Source: Ruminococcus sp. (GTDB lineage Bacteria > Bacillota > Clostridia > Oscillospirales > Ruminococcaceae). Taken from it: DNA of 41,944 nucleotides. Position numbers and translations under genes: made by a program. Positions 9,441 through 19,254 of this stretch are shown piece by piece. The notes beneath the pieces were generated by a model. It ran no database searches and was not told the DNA's origin. It saw nothing but the letters and a program-made list of their open reading frames with translations. Each line of letters begins with the position of its first letter. The stretch's first letter is position 1. The stretch covers positions 1 to 41,944 of the forward strand of contig DBEZOM010000120.1 of assembly GCA_048252855.1 (NCBI GenBank), read 5' to 3'.

Positions 9441-10934
9441 ATGATATACGAAAGCATAAAAAAACTGGTAACATACGCTCTGGAAAAAGGGCTGATCTCG
9501 CCGCTCGATAAGGTCTACGCTACTAACCGCCTGCTTGAAGCGCTGGGGCTGGATTCTTATGAAGAGCCGCAGGAGGAGTACGCCGAAGTTGACCTCGAGG
9601 AAACGCTTCGCGAGCTGCTCGACTACGCCTGCGAAAAGGGGCTTTGCGAAAACAGCGTAGTTTACCGCGACCTTTTTGATACCAAACTGATGGGTCTGCT
9701 GACGCCGCGTCCGTCTTACGTCAATGAAAAATTCCGCGCTGATTATGCCGAGTCGCCAGAAAAGGCTACTGATAATTTTTACCATTTCAGCCGCGATACC
9801 GACTATATCCGCCGCTATCGCATCGCCCGCGATATGCGTTGGAAGACCGCTACCGATTACGGCGAACTGGATATAACGATAAATCTTTCCAAGCCTGAGA
9901 AAGACCCGAAAGCCATCGCCGCCGCCAAAAACGCTCCGCAGGCAGGCTACCCTAAGTGTCAGCTTTGCCGCGAGTGCGAGGGCTACGCGGGCAGAGTCAA
10001 TTATCCCGCCCGCCAGAACCACCGCATAGCCGCGATAGAAATTCTCGGCGAACCGTGGGGATTCCAGTATTCGCCATACGTTTACTACAACGAACACTGC
10101 ATTGTTTTCAATAAAAAGCACACGCCGATGGTGATCGACAAGCAGGCTTTCCGCAAGCTTTTCGACTTTATCCGCCAATTCCCGCATTATTTCGTAGGCT
10201 CAAATGCCGACCTGCCGATAGTTGGCGGGTCTATCCTCGCGCACGAGCATTTTCAGGGCGGCAGATACACTTTCGCGATGGAGAAAGCCCCCGTTGAAAC
10301 GCCCGTCAGCTTCAAGGGCTTCGACGACGTGAAGGCGGGCATAGTTAAGTGGCCGATGTCCGTTATCCGTATCAGCGGCGGCGACCCCGAGCGCTTAGCC
10401 GACCTTGCCGACAAGATACTTACAGCGTGGCGCGGCTACACCGACGAGAGCGCGTTCATCTTCGCGCAGACCGACGGCGAACCGCACAACACGATAACCC
10501 CGATAGCGCGTATGCGCGACGGCAGCTACGAGCTTGATCTGGTGCTGCGCAACAACATCACCACCCCCGAGCACCCGCTGGGCGTTTACCACCCCCACGC
10601 TGAGCTGCACCATATTAAAAAGGAGAACATCGGTCTGATAGAGGTAATGGGCCTTGCGGTGCTGCCCAGCCGTCTGAAAGGCGAGATGCAGCAGCTTGCC
10701 GAAGCGATAAAGGCGGGCGCCGACCTGCGCACAGACCCCGTACTGGAAAAACACGCCGACTGGGCGGAGGATTTCCTCAGCCGCCGCGAAGTCACCGCGG
10801 AGAATGTTGAAGCCGTTATACAGGACGAAGTGGGCGCGGTATTCGCAAAGGTGCTGGAGCATGCGGGCGTTTACAAGCGCGATGAAAACGGCAGAGCGGC
10901 TTTCCTGCGCTTTGTGGAATATGTCAATTCTTAA
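9441..10934 (+). CDS. galT: UDP-glucose--hexose-1-phosphate uridylyltransferase (Firmicutes type GalT)
   Basis: TINLSKPEKDPK, QYSPYVYYNEH, GSNADLPIVGGSIL.H.HFQGG, HHIKKENIGLIEVMG; promoter TTGAAA-17-TATAAT at 9373-9401. Confidence 0.95.
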   Translation: MIYESIKKLVTYALEKGLISPLDKVYATNRLLEALGLDSYEEPQEEYAEVDLEETLRELLDYACEKGLCENSVVYRDLFDTKLMGLLTPRPSYVNEKFRADYAESPEKATDNFYHFSRDTDYIRRYRIARDMRWKTATDYGELDITINLSKPEKDPKAIAAAKNAPQAGYPKCQLCRECEGYAGRVNYPARQNHRIAAIEILGEPWGFQYSPYVYYNEHCIVFNKKHTPMVIDKQAFRKLFDFIRQFPHYFVGSNADLPIVGGSILAHEHFQGGRYTFAMEKAPVETPVSFKGFDDVKAGIVKWPMSVIRISGGDPERLADLADKILTAWRGYTDESAFIFAQTDGEPHNTITPIARMRDGSYELDLVLRNNITTPEHPLGVYHPHAELHHIKKENIGLIEVMGLAVLPSRLKGEMQQLAEAIKAGADLRTDPVLEKHADWAEDFLSRREVTAENVEAVIQDEVGAVFAKVLEHAGVYKRDENGRAAFLRFVEYVNS

Positions 10935-10953
10935 CTAAAATATGGATAATCGC

Positions 10954-10983
10954 AGAGGGCGGCGCAGTACCGCTCTCTTTTTT
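10954..10983 (+). terminator. Terminator after galT
   Basis: agagggcgg-cgcagta-ccgctctct plus T-run. Confidence 0.75.
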
Positions 10984-11102
10984 GCGCTAAATTGCTGCGT
11001 TTTGGCAGTGTGTGACCGTTAATGTGCACAAAAAAACGTACAGCAAATTATAAAAACCGTAAATCTTGGGTGTACAAAATGCACAAATGAGTGGGCAAAC
11101 TA

Positions 11103-11150
11103 TTGACAAATTGGAAAAAAGGAATTATAATGTATTACAAATCAGTAACA
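11103..11150 (+). promoter_or_regulatory. SigA promoter with adjacent WalR-box-like direct repeat
   Basis: TTGACA-17-TATAAT (11103-11131); minus strand 11150-11134 reads TGTTAC-N5-TGTAAT. Confidence 0.65.
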
Positions 11151-11223
11151 CCTTACAGGAGAAAATAATAAGTTATAGTTGGCAAAAATTGGGGATTATT
11201 GATATTAAAACGGAGCAATTAAA

Positions 11224-12696
11224 ATGTACATAAAGTCACTAATGAAAAGATTTGCGGCAGTTGCCGCAGCAGCTGTTATCTCGCTGACGATATTCGGCGG
11301 GGTAGGCATAAATGAACAGCCGCTGAAAAATTCGGCGGTGATAAGCGGCTCGGCGGACGATGGCGAGGACTACGATAAGCAGCTCTCAGACCTAGAAAGC
11401 AAAAAGGCTGAGCTGGATAAGAAAATCGCCGACGCGGGCAGCGACATCAGCGGTCAGAAGAAAAAGCTGGAGGCTGTAAACGAAAAGGCAAAGACCATCG
11501 AGAAAAAGATCACTAAGCTGAACGACCGCACGGCTAAGCTGGAGGACGAAATGGCGCAGCTCGACTCAGATATGCGCGATACCCAGTACCAGCTCGAGCA
11601 GGCGGAGGACGATATAGCGGTAGGCATAGATGAATTTAAGGAGCGCCTGCGCGCAATGTATATCGCGGGCAACGATTCTTACTCGGAAGTGCTGATAAAC
11701 GCTGAGAATTTCTACGACGTGCTTATGCGCGTAGAGCTTGTAAAGCGCGTTGCGGCGCACGATAACGAAGTGATAGACGATCTGCTGGAGCAGAAAGCGA
11801 AGATAGAAAAGTACAAGGCTGAGCTTGACGAGCAGAGCGCCGCGCTGAAAGAAAAGAGCGCGGATTACGCCAGCAAGCAGGCCGACCTTGCGAAACAGCA
11901 GAAAGAGCTGCTGGATATGCAGAAGGAATACGGCGATTCTATCGAAGCGCTGAGCGGCGACCTTTCGGCTTACCAGTCGCAGGCTGACCAGCTCTCGGCA
12001 GAGTATAATAAGGTATCTGAGGCGGCTAAGACCACCACTACTACCACCACTGCCGCTCCCGAAGATAATAAAGACTCTAAGGGCGACAGTTCCGATAAGG
12101 ACGATTCGAGTAAGGGCGAGACCACTAAGAAAGATTCCTCCAAGCCCGATAAGACCACTAAGGACGACGACAGCAAGCCCGACACTACAAAGGCTACTGA
12201 GGACACCAAAAAGACCGAGCCTACTCAGACCGAAGCGCCTAAGACCACTACGCCAAAGACTACCACCCCTGCGCCCGAGCCTGAACCGGAACCCGAGCCT
12301 GACCCGACTCCCAGCAACCGCGATCAGCAGATAAGCACCGTGGTAAATTACGCTAAGAGCATGGTCGGCGGCAGATATGTATGGGGCGGCAGCCAGTTCG
12401 GCGCTACCGACTGCTCGGGACTTGTAATGCTTTCCTACGCGCAGATAGGCATTTCGCTGCCGCATCTCGCTTCCGCGCAGGCGGGCTACGGCACAAGCGT
12501 TTCGTACAGCAATATACAGCCCGGCGACCTCGTATTCTACGGCGGCTCGAGCTACTCTTCGATATACCATGTGGCTATGTACATCGGCGACGGCAAGATA
12601 GTCCACGCTGAGTCCTCGGCTACGGGCATAGTTATCTCCTACTACGATTCGGTAGCGAGGTACAATAACGTCACCTGCATAAAGCGGCTGATATGA
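11224..12696 (+). CDS. Secreted CwlO/PcsB-like coiled-coil NlpC/P60 peptidoglycan endopeptidase
   Basis: Signal peptide, long coiled coil, T/K/D-rich and PE-repeat linker, NlpC/P60 domain (YVWGG, DCSG, HVAMY, HA). Confidence 0.92.
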   Translation: MYIKSLMKRFAAVAAAAVISLTIFGGVGINEQPLKNSAVISGSADDGEDYDKQLSDLESKKAELDKKIADAGSDISGQKKKLEAVNEKAKTIEKKITKLNDRTAKLEDEMAQLDSDMRDTQYQLEQAEDDIAVGIDEFKERLRAMYIAGNDSYSEVLINAENFYDVLMRVELVKRVAAHDNEVIDDLLEQKAKIEKYKAELDEQSAALKEKSADYASKQADLAKQQKELLDMQKEYGDSIEALSGDLSAYQSQADQLSAEYNKVSEAAKTTTTTTTAAPEDNKDSKGDSSDKDDSSKGETTKKDSSKPDKTTKDDDSKPDTTKATEDTKKTEPTQTEAPKTTTPKTTTPAPEPEPEPEPDPTPSNRDQQISTVVNYAKSMVGGRYVWGGSQFGATDCSGLVMLSYAQIGISLPHLASAQAGYGTSVSYSNIQPGDLVFYGGSSYSSIYHVAMYIGDGKIVHAESSATGIVISYYDSVARYNNVTCIKRLI

Positions 12697-12714
12697 TATA
12701 ACAGAAAATTTCGA

Positions 12715-12751
12715 TGCAGACTTCGCAATTTCGCGGGGTCTGTATTTTTTT
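12715..12751 (+). terminator. Terminator after the NlpC/P60 gene
   Basis: tgcagacttcgc...gcggggtctgta plus T7. Confidence 0.7.
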
Positions 12752-12793
12752 ATGCGAAAATGAAAACAATATGTTAAAATGAGCGAAATGCTG

Positions 12794-12843
12794 TTGACAA
12801 ATACCCTATGGGGGTATATAATAAAGATACCCCGAGGGGGTAT
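12794..12843 (+). promoter_or_regulatory. csoR-copA promoter with two CsoR operators
   Basis: TTGACA-17-TATAAT (12794-12822); ataccctatgggggtat (12801-12817) and ataccccgagggggtat (12827-12843) have the TAC-C-tract/G-tract-GTA form of CsoR operators. Confidence 0.88.
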
Positions 12844-12859
12844 ATTGGAGGTGCATGAT

Positions 12860-13225
12860 TTGGAAGAGATAAAAGATATAATGACGGATAACGCTGCGGG
12901 CGCTTGCTGCGCAGAAGAAGCTCCGCAGAACTGCTGCGAGTGCTGCCGACACAAGCACACGCCGCGCGGCGAGCAGGAGATGAAGCAGCTCCGCAACCGC
13001 ATAAACCGCATCATCGGGCAGATGAACGGCATACAGAAAATGCTGGACGAAAACCGCTACTGCGGCGACATTTTGACGCAGATAGCCGCGGCGGAGAGCG
13101 CCTTGCAGGGGCTGGGCTACCTAGTTTTGCAGGAGCATTTAAAGACCTGCGTGTGCGAAGAGGTCGCGAACGGCAACGTCGGCATCATGGACGAGGCGGT
13201 AGAGCTTATCAAAAAGCTGAAATGA
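12860..13225 (+). CDS. csoR: CsoR-family copper-sensing repressor
   Basis: RINRIIGQ, YCGDILTQ, EHLKTC (Cys-His-Cys ligands). Start is TTG 12860 after ggagg, or ATG 12881. Confidence 0.9.
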   Translation: MEEIKDIMTDNAAGACCAEEAPQNCCECCRHKHTPRGEQEMKQLRNRINRIIGQMNGIQKMLDENRYCGDILTQIAAAESALQGLGYLVLQEHLKTCVCEEVANGNVGIMDEAVELIKKLK

Positions 13226-13258
13226 CGTTTTTAGTAATTGGAAAGCTGGTAGATAATT

Positions 13259-15799
13259 ATGGAAAAGAAAAAATTTGACGTTACGGGAATGAGCTGCGCC
13301 GCCTGCCAAGGGCACGTTGAAAAAGCGGTAAAAAAGCTGGAGGGCGTTAAAAGCGTGAACGTGAACCTGCTGCAAAATTCGATGCAGGTAGAGTACGACG
13401 AAAGCTGCGTTTCGCCCGCGGATATGATCGCGGCTGTTGAAAAGGCGGGCTACGGCGCTTCGGAAAAAGCGGCTGGCGGCGCGCAGACGGGCGGCGATAC
13501 GGGCGCGGCAAAATCAAACGCCGCGGAAAAGGCACTGAAAAATATGAAACGGCGGCTGATAAGCTCGGTGGTGTTCCTAGTGCCGCTGTTTTACATCTGC
13601 ATGGGCCACATGGCGGGCTTCCCGCTGCCCGCGATACTCAAAGGCCACGAGAACATGATGATCTTCGCGCTGACTCAGCTTCTGCTGACCGTGCCGATAA
13701 TCGCGCTGAATTTTCACTATTTCAGCAACGGCTTTAAAAATCTGATACACCGCACGCCTAATATGGACAGCCTTATCGCGCTGGGCGCTACGGCGGCATT
13801 CGTTTACAGCCTTTACGGCACATACGCCGCCGCTTACTACATGGGCAGGGGCGACCTCGCCGCCGCGCACGGCCACGTTATGGATCTCTACTACGAGTCA
13901 TGCGGAATGATACTCACGCTGATAACCGTCGGCAAATATCTCGAGGCGCGCAGCAAGCGCAGGACTTCTGACGCAATATCCAAACTGGTAGACCTTGCGC
14001 CGAAAACGGCGGTAGTTGTCCGCGACGGCAAAGAGCAGGAGATACCCGCTTCGAAGGTCGCGGTGGGCGATATTTTCCTGCTGCGCGCGGGCAAGAGCGT
14101 GCCCTGCGACGGTGTAGTTATAGAGGGAAGCTGCACGGTAGACCAGTCGGCGCTGACGGGCGAGAGCATACCCGTAGAAAAAAACGTCGGCGACAGAGTT
14201 ATGAGCGCGAGCATCTCGGCGGGCGGATTTGTAAAGTGCCGCTGCGAAAAGACCGAGCAGGACTCCACCCTTTCGCAGATAATCGCGCTGGTGGAGGACG
14301 CTTCGGCTTCAAAAGCACCGATAGCGCGCCTTGCGGATAAGATAAGCGGCGTTTTTGTGCCCGTGGTCATCTGCATAGCGATAGTTGCGGGCGCGGCATG
14401 GCTGCTGGCGGGCAAAGACGTTTCATTCGCGCTGAACATGGCTATCTCGGTACTCGTTATCTCCTGCCCCTGCGCGCTGGGCCTTGCAACGCCTACCGCT
14501 ATAATGGTCGGCACGGGCAAGGGCGCGCAGAACGGCATACTGATAAAATCGGCGGAAAGCCTTGAGACAGCACATCTTGTGGACACCGTAGTGCTCGACA
14601 AAACTGGCACTTGCACCGAGGGCAGACCCGAAGTGCAGGCGGTATACGCGGACGATTTCGATAAAGCCGAGCTGCTGAGATTGGCAAATTCGCTGGAGGT
14701 AAAGTCCTCTCACCCGCTGGCGGGCGCTGTTACCCGCTACTGCGACGAGCAGTCCGCCGCGCCTTATGAGTGCGAAGACTACGCGGAAACGGCGGGCGGA
14801 GGAATTTCGGGCAAGGCGGCAGGCAGGCGCGTGCTCATCGGCAACCGCAGACTTATGGAGCAGAGCGGCGCAGATATTTCGGCGTACTCTGACCGCGCGG
14901 ACAAAGCGGCGGCGGGCGGCGCGATACCCCTCTACATCGCGGCGGACGGCAAAGTCATTGGAATGTTCACCCTCGCCGACCCCGTAAAGCCGACCTCGCG
15001 CGAAGCGATAGAGCAGCTGCACGGCATGAAGATAAAGACGGTAATGCTTACCGGCGACAACGCCGCTACTGCGGAAGCTATCCGCGCGCAGCTCGGCGTT
15101 GACGAGGTGCAGGCAGAGCTTATGCCCGCCGACAAGGCGCGCATAGTAGGCGAGATGATGGCGCAGGGCAGAAAGGTAGCCATGATAGGCGACGGTATAA
15201 ACGACGCCCCCGCCCTCGCCGCGGCAGACGTAGGAATAGCCATCGGCGCGGGGCAGGACATAGCGGTAGAGTCGGCGGACATAGTGCTTATGAAGAGCGA
15301 CCTGCGCGACGCGGCGTCCGCGATAAGCCTCAGCCGCGCGGTCATCCGCAATATCCGCGAGAACCTTTTCTGGGCGCTGATATACAATTCGCTCGGCATA
15401 CCGCTTGCGGCGGGCGTGTTCTTCCCGATCTTTGGCTGGAAGCTCAACCCGATGTTCGGCGCGGCGGCGATGAGCCTGAGTTCATTCTGCGTAGTAATGA
15501 ACGCACTGCGGCTGAACCTTTTCGGACGCGGCAAAAACAAATCGGACAATTCTAAGAATTCAAAAACGGAGGACAAGACTATGGATAATTCAAACAATAA
15601 AGTAATGAAGATAGACGGCATGATGTGCGGACACTGCACCGCGACCGTCACCCGCGTGCTCAACGAGATAGACGGCGTGAACGCCGAAGTATCGCTGGAG
15701 GACAAGTGCGCGTACATCACGCTGACGAAAGACGTACCCGACGAGGTGCTGAAAAACGCAGTCACCGCGCAGGGATATAAGGTCAAGGGGATAAAATAA
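13259..15799 (+). CDS. copA: Copper-translocating P1B-type ATPase with N- and C-terminal HMA domains
   Basis: GMSCAAC, TGES, CPCALGLATP, DKTGT, HPL, GDGIND, YN and M..SS motifs, C-terminal GMMCGHC. Confidence 0.95.
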   Translation: MEKKKFDVTGMSCAACQGHVEKAVKKLEGVKSVNVNLLQNSMQVEYDESCVSPADMIAAVEKAGYGASEKAAGGAQTGGDTGAAKSNAAEKALKNMKRRLISSVVFLVPLFYICMGHMAGFPLPAILKGHENMMIFALTQLLLTVPIIALNFHYFSNGFKNLIHRTPNMDSLIALGATAAFVYSLYGTYAAAYYMGRGDLAAAHGHVMDLYYESCGMILTLITVGKYLEARSKRRTSDAISKLVDLAPKTAVVVRDGKEQEIPASKVAVGDIFLLRAGKSVPCDGVVIEGSCTVDQSALTGESIPVEKNVGDRVMSASISAGGFVKCRCEKTEQDSTLSQIIALVEDASASKAPIARLADKISGVFVPVVICIAIVAGAAWLLAGKDVSFALNMAISVLVISCPCALGLATPTAIMVGTGKGAQNGILIKSAESLETAHLVDTVVLDKTGTCTEGRPEVQAVYADDFDKAELLRLANSLEVKSSHPLAGAVTRYCDEQSAAPYECEDYAETAGGGISGKAAGRRVLIGNRRLMEQSGADISAYSDRADKAAAGGAIPLYIAADGKVIGMFTLADPVKPTSREAIEQLHGMKIKTVMLTGDNAATAEAIRAQLGVDEVQAELMPADKARIVGEMMAQGRKVAMIGDGINDAPALAAADVGIAIGAGQDIAVESADIVLMKSDLRDAASAISLSRAVIRNIRENLFWALIYNSLGIPLAAGVFFPIFGWKLNPMFGAAAMSLSSFCVVMNALRLNLFGRGKNKSDNSKNSKTEDKTMDNSNNKVMKIDGMMCGHCTATVTRVLNEIDGVNAEVSLEDKCAYITLTKDVPDEVLKNAVTAQGYKVKGIK

Positions 15800-15859
15800 C
15801 ACTAAAAACTCCTTGACAACCCCGCCGAAATCTGATATAATATAGTTTGGACAATATTT

Positions 15860-16118
15860 AAAAGCTGTGATGGAATTAACCGAGATCATGGGCGGCGTAC
15901 AGAGAAAGAAGCGTGCTTGCTGAGAGCTTCTGCCGCAGTGTTCGGGGGCTGCTCCGGAGCATCGCCGCAAACGGCTTTTGCCGAAAAGCGGCGGCGTTCG
16001 GCCGCGTTAAGGCTAAACGAGTGACGGCGCGCTTTGCGCTGTAATTTGGGTGGTAACACGGAACGTTTTTTGCGCTTCGTCCCATTTCGCCTGCGGGCGG
16101 CTGGGCGAAGCGTTTTTT
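15860..16118 (+). ncRNA. T-box riboswitch leader of alaS
   Basis: Follows TTGACA-17-TATAAT; AGAGA and GCTGAG stem-I motifs, GCT (Ala) specifier candidate at 15948-15953, T-box aatttgggtggtaacacgg (16043-16061), terminator 16073-16118. Confidence 0.92.
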
Positions 16119-16164
16119 GTTTGCGGCGGCACAGCGCAATTTATTTATACGGAGGAAGATAAAA

Positions 16165-18810
16165 ATGGAATGGACCAGTCTGAACGACCTCAGAGAGGCG
16201 TATCTGAAATTTTTTGAGAGCAAGGGCTGCCTTAGAAAAAAGAGCTACTCGCTCGTACCGCAGAACGATAATTCGCTGCTGCTGATAGTAGCGGGCATGG
16301 CTCCCCTAAAGCCTTACTTTACGGGTCAGGAAGTGCCTCCGCGCACCAGAATGACTACCTGCCAGAAGTGCATACGCACGGGCGACATCGAAAATGTCGG
16401 CAAGACCGCCCGCCACGGCACTTATTTTGAGATGCTGGGCAACTTCTCTTTCGGCGATTATTTTAAGGAAGAAGCTATCTCTTGGGCTTGGGAATTTTGC
16501 GTTGACGTGCTCAAGCTGCCTACCGAGCGCCTTTACGTTTCCGTTTACGAGGACGACGACGAGGCTGAAAAGATATGGCATGAAAAGATCGGCGTGCCGA
16601 TGGATCATATCTTCCGCATGGGCAAGGAAGATAACTTCTGGGAAGCCGGCACCGACGGCCCCTGCGGCCCATGTTCCGAGATATATTTCGACCGCGGCGA
16701 AGAGTACGGCTGCGGCAAGCCCGGTTGCACAGTAGGCTGCGACTGCGACAGATATATGGAATTCTGGAATCTGGTATTCACTCAGTTCGAGCGCCACGAG
16801 GACGGCACATACACCCCCCTCGCGCAGAAGAATATAGATACAGGTATGGGTCTTGAGCGTCTTGCTACCATGATGCAGGGCGTTGACTCGATATTCGACG
16901 TTGATACCGTAAAGGCTATCCGCGACCACATTTGCAGGATAGCGGGCTGCACCTACGGCGAGGACTACAAGAAGGACGTTTCCGTCCGCGTTATCACCGA
17001 CCATATCCGCGCGGTAACTTTCCTCGCTTCCGACGGCGTTCTGCCATCTAACGAGGGCGCGGGCTACGTTATGCGCCGCCTTGTTCGCCGCGCTGTACGC
17101 CACGGCAAGCTGCTCGGCATAAACGGCCTTTTCCTCAAGGACATCGTAAAGACGGTAGTAGACTGCAACAAGTGCGAGTATAACGAGCTGGAAGAAAAGT
17201 ACGATTATATAGTTAAGGTGCTCACCAACGAGGAAATGAACTTCAACCGCACCATTGACCGCGGTATGAAGCTGCTGGAGGACTACATCGCCGACCTTAC
17301 CGAAAAGGGCGCTAAGGTGCTTTCGGGCGAGGACTGCTTCAAGCTTTCCGACACCCACGGCTTCCCCATCGACCTCACCCGCGAGATACTGGAAGAAAAG
17401 GGCATGACGGTAGACGAAGAGGGTTACTACAAGTGCATGGAAGTACAGCGCACCACTGCGAGAGAAGCACGCGGCGGCTCGAAATACATGGGCGCTGACG
17501 AAACGGTATTCCACCGTATAGATAAAGAATTTACAAGCGAATTTTTGGGCTACGATACTACCGAGGCTGACTCTACGGTAGATTTCATCGCTAATGACGA
17601 AGAGCTGGTAATGCGCGCCGAGGCGGGTCAGACAGCATACATCGTTTCCAAAGCTACGCCTTTCTACGCTGAGAGCGGCGGACAGGTAGGCGACACGGGC
17701 ACGATAGTTACCCTGACCGGTAAGGCGGAAGTTACCGATACTCAGAAAGCCGTAGGCGGCAAGATAGCCCACACCGTAAAGATAACCGAGGGCTATATCG
17801 AGGCGGGACAGACCGCGCACTTCTCGGTAGACGCCGAGCGCCGCATGGCTATCGCCCGCAACCACACCGCCGCACATCTGCTTCAGGCGGCACTGCGTCA
17901 GGTATTGGGCGAGCACGTTCATCAGAAAGGTCAGCTCGTAAACGCTGACAGAGTACGTTTCGACTTCTCGCACTTCGAGGCTATCTCGCCCGAAGAGCTG
18001 GCTGAGATCGAAGCGCTGGTAAATGACAAGATACTCTCCTGCATGGATATTAAGACTCAGGTACTGCCGATAGAGGAAGCGCAGAAACTGGGCGCTATGG
18101 CGCTCTTCGGCGAAAAGTACGGCGAAACTGTACGAGTAGTCAGCATGGGCGATTTCTCGATGGAATTCTGCGGCGGTACTCACCTCAAAAACACCTCGCA
18201 GGCGGGCCTTTTCAAGATAATCTCCGAAGGCTCGGTAGCTTCTGGCGTTCGCCGTATCGAAGCTGTAACGGGTACGGGCGTTCTCGCACTGCTCAACGAG
18301 ATAAACGCACGCATGGCGCAGGCGGCTAAGCTGCTCAAGCTCAACGACCCCGCTCTGCTGGCTGAAAGAATAGTAGCCGTTCTCGACGAGAACAAGGAGC
18401 TGGGCAAGGTATCCGAACAGCTCAGAAAGCGCATCGCCGACGCTATATTCACCAACATGACCAAGAACTGCCGCGAGATCAACGGCGTAAAGATAATGGC
18501 GAACATGATGACCAACGTCGGCTCGGATATGTACGAGAAATTCTCCGACGCGGTAAAGAACCTCAGCGAGCCTTTCGTACTCGTGATGGCGGGCACTGCC
18601 GACGAAAAGCCGAAGTTCCTCTGCGCTTGCTCTAAGGCGGCTATCGCTAAGGGCGCGCACGCGGGCAAGATAGTAAAGGAAGTAGCCGCAGTTACAGGCG
18701 GTAAGGGCGGCGGTCGTCCCGAGAGCGCTATGGCGGGTATCGGCGATAAGAACAAGATCGACGAAGCCCTCAACGCGCTTGACGGCATATTGGCAAACTT
18801 TATAAAGTAA
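16165..18810 (+). CDS. alaS: Alanine--tRNA ligase
   Basis: AGMAPLK, RHGTYFEMLGNFSFGDYFK, IDTGMGLER, editing HTAAH and CGGTH, KGGGRP; RBS ggagg. Confidence 0.98.
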   Translation: MEWTSLNDLREAYLKFFESKGCLRKKSYSLVPQNDNSLLLIVAGMAPLKPYFTGQEVPPRTRMTTCQKCIRTGDIENVGKTARHGTYFEMLGNFSFGDYFKEEAISWAWEFCVDVLKLPTERLYVSVYEDDDEAEKIWHEKIGVPMDHIFRMGKEDNFWEAGTDGPCGPCSEIYFDRGEEYGCGKPGCTVGCDCDRYMEFWNLVFTQFERHEDGTYTPLAQKNIDTGMGLERLATMMQGVDSIFDVDTVKAIRDHICRIAGCTYGEDYKKDVSVRVITDHIRAVTFLASDGVLPSNEGAGYVMRRLVRRAVRHGKLLGINGLFLKDIVKTVVDCNKCEYNELEEKYDYIVKVLTNEEMNFNRTIDRGMKLLEDYIADLTEKGAKVLSGEDCFKLSDTHGFPIDLTREILEEKGMTVDEEGYYKCMEVQRTTAREARGGSKYMGADETVFHRIDKEFTSEFLGYDTTEADSTVDFIANDEELVMRAEAGQTAYIVSKATPFYAESGGQVGDTGTIVTLTGKAEVTDTQKAVGGKIAHTVKITEGYIEAGQTAHFSVDAERRMAIARNHTAAHLLQAALRQVLGEHVHQKGQLVNADRVRFDFSHFEAISPEELAEIEALVNDKILSCMDIKTQVLPIEEAQKLGAMALFGEKYGETVRVVSMGDFSMEFCGGTHLKNTSQAGLFKIISEGSVASGVRRIEAVTGTGVLALLNEINARMAQAAKLLKLNDPALLAERIVAVLDENKELGKVSEQLRKRIADAIFTNMTKNCREINGVKIMANMMTNVGSDMYEKFSDAVKNLSEPFVLVMAGTADEKPKFLCACSKAAIAKGAHAGKIVKEVAAVTGGKGGGRPESAMAGIGDKNKIDEALNALDGILANFIK

Positions 18811-18823
18811 AGGAGCGCTAACA

Positions 18824-19168
18824 ATGAACGATTGCTTATTCTGCAAAATAATCGCGGGCGAGATACCCTCGAACAAGATCTACGAGGACGAGAGCGTTTA
18901 CGTTTTCGCCGACATCGCCCCCACTGCCCCCGTGCACTGGCTGGTGATACCTAAGGAGCATATAGCGAAGCTTTCAGACATAAACGATAAGAACAGCGGC
19001 GTGGTTTCGCACATCTACGAGGTCATCTCGAAGCTGGCGGCGGAGCACGAGGAGTTCAAGAACGGCTTTCGCGTAGTTTCAAACTGCGGCGAGTCGGCGG
19101 GACAGACGGTGTTCCACATACACTTCCACGTTCTGGCGGGAAGAGATTTCGCATGGCCCGCGGGCTAA
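18824..19168 (+). CDS. HIT family nucleotide-binding protein (HinT-like)
   Basis: DCLFCKII, GQTVFHIHFH histidine triad. Confidence 0.93.
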   Translation: MNDCLFCKIIAGEIPSNKIYEDESVYVFADIAPTAPVHWLVIPKEHIAKLSDINDKNSGVVSHIYEVISKLAAEHEEFKNGFRVVSNCGESAGQTVFHIHFHVLAGRDFAWPAG

Positions 19169-19190
19169 ACTTTGTAAACTGATATTTTCT

Positions 19191-19219
19191 GCAATGCCGC
19201 ACGCGATGTGCGGTGTTGC
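19191..19219. repeat. REP-like hairpin, copy A
   Basis: gcaatgccgcac-gcga-tgtgcggtgttgc; arms identical to 32605-32643. Confidence 0.7.
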
Positions 19220-19254
19220 TGTATAATGGCGAAAAAGCGTAAGGAGGGTAAAAA

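Noticed and set aside
12028..12310. Repeats (aagaccacta, cccgagcct) as a CRISPR or tandem DNA repeat
   Set aside because: They are in-frame coding repeats for the KTT and PE linker of the NlpC/P60 protein, with no constant repeat-spacer period.
12779..12859. ORF-track N-terminal extensions (csoR 12779, apgM 1464, purB 4774, alaS 16117, MBOAT 20806, bsh 24880)
   Set aside because: They run through promoters, operators, leaders or upstream genes. Downstream starts have RBSs and fit family N-termini; BSH needs Cys at position 2.
15876..16223. 115-aa minus-strand ORF over the alaS leader
   Set aside because: The region is explained by the T-box riboswitch and the alaS start.
16306..18876. 856-aa minus-strand ORF, and similar long antisense ORFs at 4747-6030, 11566-13032, 28534-30012 and 40681-41862
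   Set aside because: They are shadows of well-supported genes on the opposite strand, expected with biased codon usage, and show no recognisable motifs.
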